A stretch of DNA of 38,118 bases from a virus (Duplodnaviria > Caudoviricetes): positions 1 through 38,118 of IMG/VR virus record IMGVR_UViG_3300035663_000041; one strand, 5' to 3'. Below the pieces are notes generated by a model. It was not told the origin of the DNA and did no database searches. It saw only the letters and a program-made list of their open reading frames with translations. Below, one piece after another: positions 34,456-38,118 of this stretch; positions within the stretch are counted from its first letter, which is position 1, and every line of letters begins with the position of its first letter. Made by a program: the position numbers and the translations under genes.

Positions 34456-35964
34456 GTGCCTTTTGCATCATCTAATTCACTCTTCAATACGCAGAGCCTG
34501 CGTATCCAGGAGATCCTCAACAAGAACGTTGAGGTCTTCCTCCCGGCTCTCGACCCCGCTTGGCGTGACACGACCGTGTCCAGCCAGGGCGTGGGTTCGT
34601 CCAACCTGATCGGTCGTGACATGAAGATCCTCAAGATCTACATGGGCTCGATGGCTGGCGTTCTTGAAATGGCGGACAGCCGCGACAACTTCGTGCTGTA
34701 CGGCGACAACACCGTGTCTAACGTGGCTGACAAGCTGCAGGTCCAGAGCCTGACCAACACGTGGCCGGACGCTACCGAAGGCGCTATGGCCCAGCCGTAC
34801 CGTCTCGGCATCGGCATGAAGGCCATGGTTTCCAACCTGCTTGTCACCCTCGGTGAGATGCAGGCAGAAGCCACTCCGGCCTTCATCGGCGAGATTCTTG
34901 CGCCGAAGCTTGAGGGTCACGCTCGTCTGATTGCACACACCCTGTGCAACTACTGGTACATCAGCGACAACACCACCTACAAGCTTGGTGGTGTTCTGGC
35001 TGCTGTGACGCCTACCTACAGCTCCTCGACGAACAACTCCACCATCGTGTTTACGCCGTCGGATGGAAACATCGACCGTTACGCGGTCGGCATGCGTGTT
35101 GACCTGTACAACGCTAGCGATGTTCGCCAGAATCAGGTTGGTGTCAACCGCGTCAACGCCTTTGTTACCCGCGTTGATGAAGTGAAGAACCAGGTTGTTG
35201 TGACTCTGATTGGTTTCAACTACACCACCAGCGTCACGACCTCCTTCTACTTCACCTACGCCAACGGCAAGGGTTACGGCATCGCCGGCATCAACAGCTG
35301 GCTCAAGAAGACCGGCAACCTCCTGGGCAGCGACTACGATTCGGCTAACGCCATCGACGTCGACAAGCACCCGGAGTTCAAGTCGTTCTTCAAGAGCAGC
35401 GTTGGCACGCTGACTGAGCACAAGATGCGCCAGTACCTGCGTGGCTTCCACCGTGCGAAGGAGAAGTACGGCCAGTACATCGACACGCTCATCGCGAGCG
35501 ACGGTGTGTGGCTGAACTACGAAGCGCAGAAGATCGGCCAGTACCAGCTGGACCGCACTTCCAAGCTCTCCAGCCTCACGAACGAAGGCTCTCAGGAAGG
35601 GTTCAAGTTCACCTTTGACGGCCGCACTTACACGGGCTACACCTCGAATTACATCGAGAACGGCACCGTGTACGGTCTCCGCAAGGGTGGCGCGAACTGG
35701 AAGAAGTACGTCCCGCCGAGCCCGAAGGGCACTCAGAAGTTTGACAAGGCTGAGGCGTTCATCCCCTTCGAGTTCGTGGCTCCGGCCCTCGGTTACTCGA
35801 CTGTCAAGGTGCCGATCACCAAGACGTCTGGTACCGGCAGCGGTAACAGCCTCCTGACGGAAGGCGCTCAGATGCCGGGCATGCTGCGTATGCAGCTCGT
35901 CCCGGATCAGCCGGCCGGCATGAAGCTCGACGGCGTTACCTTCGACAAGGTGTACGGCGACTGA
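34456..35964 (+). CDS. Major capsid protein
   Basis: 502 aa, GGAG RBS, strongly C-ending codon bias, follows the scaffold and precedes a strong terminator. Confidence 0.8.
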   Translation: MPFASSNSLFNTQSLRIQEILNKNVEVFLPALDPAWRDTTVSSQGVGSSNLIGRDMKILKIYMGSMAGVLEMADSRDNFVLYGDNTVSNVADKLQVQSLTNTWPDATEGAMAQPYRLGIGMKAMVSNLLVTLGEMQAEATPAFIGEILAPKLEGHARLIAHTLCNYWYISDNTTYKLGGVLAAVTPTYSSSTNNSTIVFTPSDGNIDRYAVGMRVDLYNASDVRQNQVGVNRVNAFVTRVDEVKNQVVVTLIGFNYTTSVTTSFYFTYANGKGYGIAGINSWLKKTGNLLGSDYDSANAIDVDKHPEFKSFFKSSVGTLTEHKMRQYLRGFHRAKEKYGQYIDTLIASDGVWLNYEAQKIGQYQLDRTSKLSSLTNEGSQEGFKFTFDGRTYTGYTSNYIENGTVYGLRKGGANWKKYVPPSPKGTQKFDKAEAFIPFEFVAPALGYSTVKVPITKTSGTGSGNSLLTEGAQMPGMLRMQLVPDQPAGMKLDGVTFDKVYGD

Positions 35965-35987
35965 TAGCCGTCAGCAAGTCTGCAAGA

Positions 35988-36023
35988 AAGGGGTGTGTCC
36001 TTCGGGGCACACCCCTTGTCTTT
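35988..36023 (+). terminator. Intrinsic terminator after the capsid gene
   Basis: AAGGGGTGTGTCC-TTCG-GGGCACACCCCTT-GTCTTT (cUUCGg tetraloop). Confidence 0.8.
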
Positions 36024-36037
36024 GGTAAACTGTGGGC

Positions 36038-36502
36038 ATGGCTATTGCACGAATCCTCAACAACTACACAAAGAAGCAGGACGCCGAAGAAGGCGAAGAG
36101 ACTCCTGCCAAGAAGGGCGAGTCGAAGTCTGCTTCAGCCTGTCCGTGCATTGCGAAGCTCATTGAACTCCACCAGTCCGTGCATCTGGCGCACTGGGCAA
36201 CTACTTCGTACGCGGAGCACAAGGCACTCAACAAGTTGTATGAGGGGCTGGACGGCCTGATTGACACGTTCGTTGAGACCCTGATTGGCATCAAGGGACG
36301 CGGCGTGATTTCCGGCATCTCCACCCTCAAGGTCTACGGATCGGCTGGTGGGGACTGCCTGAAGATTGTCAACGAGCTGGAAACCCTGATCCGCGGCGAG
36401 TTGAAGGACTACATCGACTCCAAGGAAGACGGCCTGCTGAACATCCAGGCTGACATGCTCAACCTTGTGACCCACATCAAGTACCTCCTGACCCTGAAGT
36501 GA
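36038..36502 (+). CDS. Ferritin/Dps-like four-helix protein (DUF5856-like)
   Basis: 'HLAHWATTSYAEHKAL..LYE..IDTFVE' and C-terminal 'LLNI..DM...KYLLTLK'. Confidence 0.75.
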   Translation: MAIARILNNYTKKQDAEEGEETPAKKGESKSASACPCIAKLIELHQSVHLAHWATTSYAEHKALNKLYEGLDGLIDTFVETLIGIKGRGVISGISTLKVYGSAGGDCLKIVNELETLIRGELKDYIDSKEDGLLNIQADMLNLVTHIKYLLTLK

Positions 36503-36504
36503 CC

Positions 36505-36753
36505 ATGGCCAAGAAGAAATTCCAATTCAAGGCCAAGCACAAGAACCCCGCAGGCGGGCTTAGTGAGCTCGGGCGGGCAGCGTACAACCGCGCTACGGGT
36601 GGAAACCTTAAGCGTCCGCAGCCCGAAGGCGGGTCGAGACGAAACTCCTTCTGCGCCCGTATGCGCGGGATGAAGAAGAAGCTGACTAGCAGCAAGACGG
36701 CGAACGATCCGAATTCGCGGATCAACAAGAGCCTTCGGGCATGGAAGTGCTGA
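36505..36753 (+). CDS. Small basic phage protein (DUF6321-like)
   Basis: 'KNPAGGLS...RRNSFCARM.GMKKKLTS..TANDPNSRINKSLRAWKC'. Confidence 0.75.
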   Translation: MAKKKFQFKAKHKNPAGGLSELGRAAYNRATGGNLKRPQPEGGSRRNSFCARMRGMKKKLTSSKTANDPNSRINKSLRAWKC

Positions 36754-36754
36754 C

Positions 36755-36922
36755 ATGATGAATCCCCTCAACAATCTCTCGTTTGGTCCAATGGGCGCAA
36801 GGAATGTCCAGCCTGCTGGATCAATCAATCGCGCTGGCGTAAAGACAAAGAAGCCTCGCCGCCCAAAGCCGCTGCATAAGCCCCTTGGGTTGCCCGCTGG
36901 ATTTTCACACGGGATCCGCTAA
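36755..36922 (+). CDS. 55-aa basic peptide, not in the ORF track
   Basis: MMNPLNNLSFGPMG...KTKKPRRPKP...HGIR; TAATG-coupled to the next ORF. Confidence 0.6.
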   Translation: MMNPLNNLSFGPMGARNVQPAGSINRAGVKTKKPRRPKPLHKPLGLPAGFSHGIR

Positions 36923-37059
36923 TGGCAAAACGCATCAAGGTCAAGAATAGCCTGGTGGGGAACATCAACAAGCGTCGCAAGCTTGGGACCAGCAGGCCAA
37001 AGTCTGAGTCGACGGTAGACCCCGAACAGTATCGCAAGATGCAGAAAGGCTGGAAGTAA
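36922..37059 (+). CDS. 45-aa basic peptide, not in the ORF track
   Basis: MAKRIKVKNSLVGNINKRRKLGTSRPKSESTVDPEQYRKMQKGWK; TAATG overlaps at both ends. Confidence 0.7.
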   Translation: MAKRIKVKNSLVGNINKRRKLGTSRPKSESTVDPEQYRKMQKGWK

Positions 37060-37142
37060 TGGCCAAGAAGATCAAGGTCAAGGGCGGGATGTGCAAGGGT
37101 TGCAACAAGCCGATGAGCAGTTGTGGCTGCAAGGAGTGCTGA
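37059..37142 (+). CDS. 27-aa Lys/Cys-rich peptide, not in the ORF track
   Basis: MAKKIKVKGGMCKGCNKPMSSCGCKEC. Confidence 0.65.
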   Translation: MAKKIKVKGGMCKGCNKPMSSCGCKEC

Positions 37143-37143
37143 A

Positions 37144-37290
37144 ATGGCTACCGACTTTGTCAAGAACATGCGCCGGAACATGAAGCGCCGAATGAAGGTT
37201 AAGCCTGCTGGTATGTCGGCAGGTGGGGCCAAGAAGTACAAGTTGAAGGGCTTCGGCGGAATGAAGTTTGGGGGCAAGAAGGGCTTTTGA
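37144..37290 (+). CDS. 48-aa Lys/Gly/Met-rich basic peptide, not in the ORF track
   Basis: MATDFVKNMRRNMKRRMKVKPAGMSAGGAKKYKLKGFGGMKFGGKKGF; AAGGAG RBS. Confidence 0.7.
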   Translation: MATDFVKNMRRNMKRRMKVKPAGMSAGGAKKYKLKGFGGMKFGGKKGF

Positions 37291-37324
37291 ACCACTGAGA
37301 GGTGGGCGGGCAGGGACTCCCGCA

Positions 37325-37356
37325 GGGGCAGGTCGTAAGTGGCCTGCCCCGATTTT
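37325..37356 (+). terminator. Terminator-like hairpin
   Basis: GGGGCAGGTC-GTAAGT-GGCCTGCCCC-GATTTT. Confidence 0.5.
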
Positions 37357-37370
37357 GATAAAGGATTGCC

Positions 37371-38078
37371 ATGCCACTTAAAAACTTTCCACGAGAACGT
37401 GACCAGAAAGGTGGCGGGCCAGTTTCGCTGAGCAAATACCGTTCTGGAAAACACCGATTAAAGGTGCGCGGAGATATCCAAGAACGGTATCGCAAGGCAG
37501 TCGAAGAAATTTCAAAGCTTGGATTGCTTAGCGTAAACGATCTGCGAGACCTTCTGCTTGACCCATCTAAGGGTTACAACATTGGCAAGGCTCGCGCATA
37601 TCACTTTACACCCGAAAGCAGGGTGGGGTCTATTTTAAAAAGCGGTCTTGAACCGCGCATCAACGAGAATCCCACCAGCTTCGACGAACGATCAATGCTC
37701 AAACAGTTGCTTCCTGAAGGCGTAGCCCATAGCCTTCCGCGTGCGTTTGTTGAAGTGTCTGAAGGTAATCCTTCTGGTTCAAACCTTCCGACTTCGCTCC
37801 GGCAACAGAGTCTTGCACTTCTTTCGATCCCACTTGAAGAGGCAATCAAGCGTTTGTCTCGAGAGGATTCATTTAGAATCCTTGCTTCTGAACTTGGTCG
37901 ACAAATGAAATACCCTGTGGAATCAAACCCTATCTCTCGGATTATCATTCGGAAGAGAGCTGGCGTTGATCCGCAACGGGGATCCGCTCCAGCACGTTTG
38001 CGGTCTGGAAAGCTTGAAATTCCTGAGTGGGCACTTTCAGAAATTGTGCCGCCACGACTTTTGACAAGAGAACGATAA
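37371..38078 (+). CDS. ADP-ribosyltransferase-fold protein (H-x-T type)
   Basis: 'AYHFTPESRVGSILKSGLEP' N-terminal ART signature and a late 'PEW...IVPP'; lower GC than neighbours. Confidence 0.5.
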   Translation: MPLKNFPRERDQKGGGPVSLSKYRSGKHRLKVRGDIQERYRKAVEEISKLGLLSVNDLRDLLLDPSKGYNIGKARAYHFTPESRVGSILKSGLEPRINENPTSFDERSMLKQLLPEGVAHSLPRAFVEVSEGNPSGSNLPTSLRQQSLALLSIPLEEAIKRLSREDSFRILASELGRQMKYPVESNPISRIIIRKRAGVDPQRGSAPARLRSGKLEIPEWALSEIVPPRLLTRER

Positions 38079-38118
38079 TGGCAAAGAACCCCACCAACTG
38101 GATCGGCAAGGTGCGAGC
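38078..38118 (+). CDS. Small basic protein, truncated by the window end
   Basis: MAKNPTNWIGKVR..., TAATG-coupled. Confidence 0.55.
   Translation, partial: MAKNPTNWIGKVR

Noticed and set aside
1-38118. Alternative genetic code or stop-codon reassignment
   Set aside because: All hallmark genes are intact in code 11, and TAA, TAG and TGA all terminate genes at coupled junctions.

Overview
The window holds most of a GC-rich tailed dsDNA phage genome (Caudoviricetes). A podovirus-like organisation is inferred from a giant putative internal virion protein. The minus strand (3359-25781) carries a superfamily-3 (D5-like) helicase lacking a primase domain, many small early genes, a DUF932 protein, two DUF669-like SSBs, a family-4 uracil-DNA-glycosylase-like protein, a divergent family A DNA polymerase and an ERCC4 nuclease. 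It also carries an SGNH-type virion or tail protein, a holin/u-spanin-like lysis cassette, a metallophosphoesterase and a PD-(D/E)XK nuclease-Sak4-SSB recombination module. The plus strand (25809-38118, and 1-3362) carries terminase, portal, scaffold, major capsid protein, a ferritin-like protein, a run of tiny basic peptides, an ADP-ribosyltransferase-like protein and the C-terminal part of the giant virion protein. No integrase, tRNA, CRISPR array or endolysin is seen. The most striking unexplained signals are: (1) strong genome-wide enrichment of a Chi-identical motif, (G)GCTGGTGG(G), on both strands; (2) post-capsid microproteins and the ART-like enzyme sharing a basic K/R-K/R-hydrophobic-K-V-K/R tag; (3) matching hairpin plus U-rich leaders in front of both SSB genes; (4) a ~310-nt highly structured intergenic RNA whose first domain ends in ACCA; (5) back-to-back G-quadruplex motifs at a sharp G/C skew switch near 23.92 kb. 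All family calls come from motif recognition by eye, not database searches.
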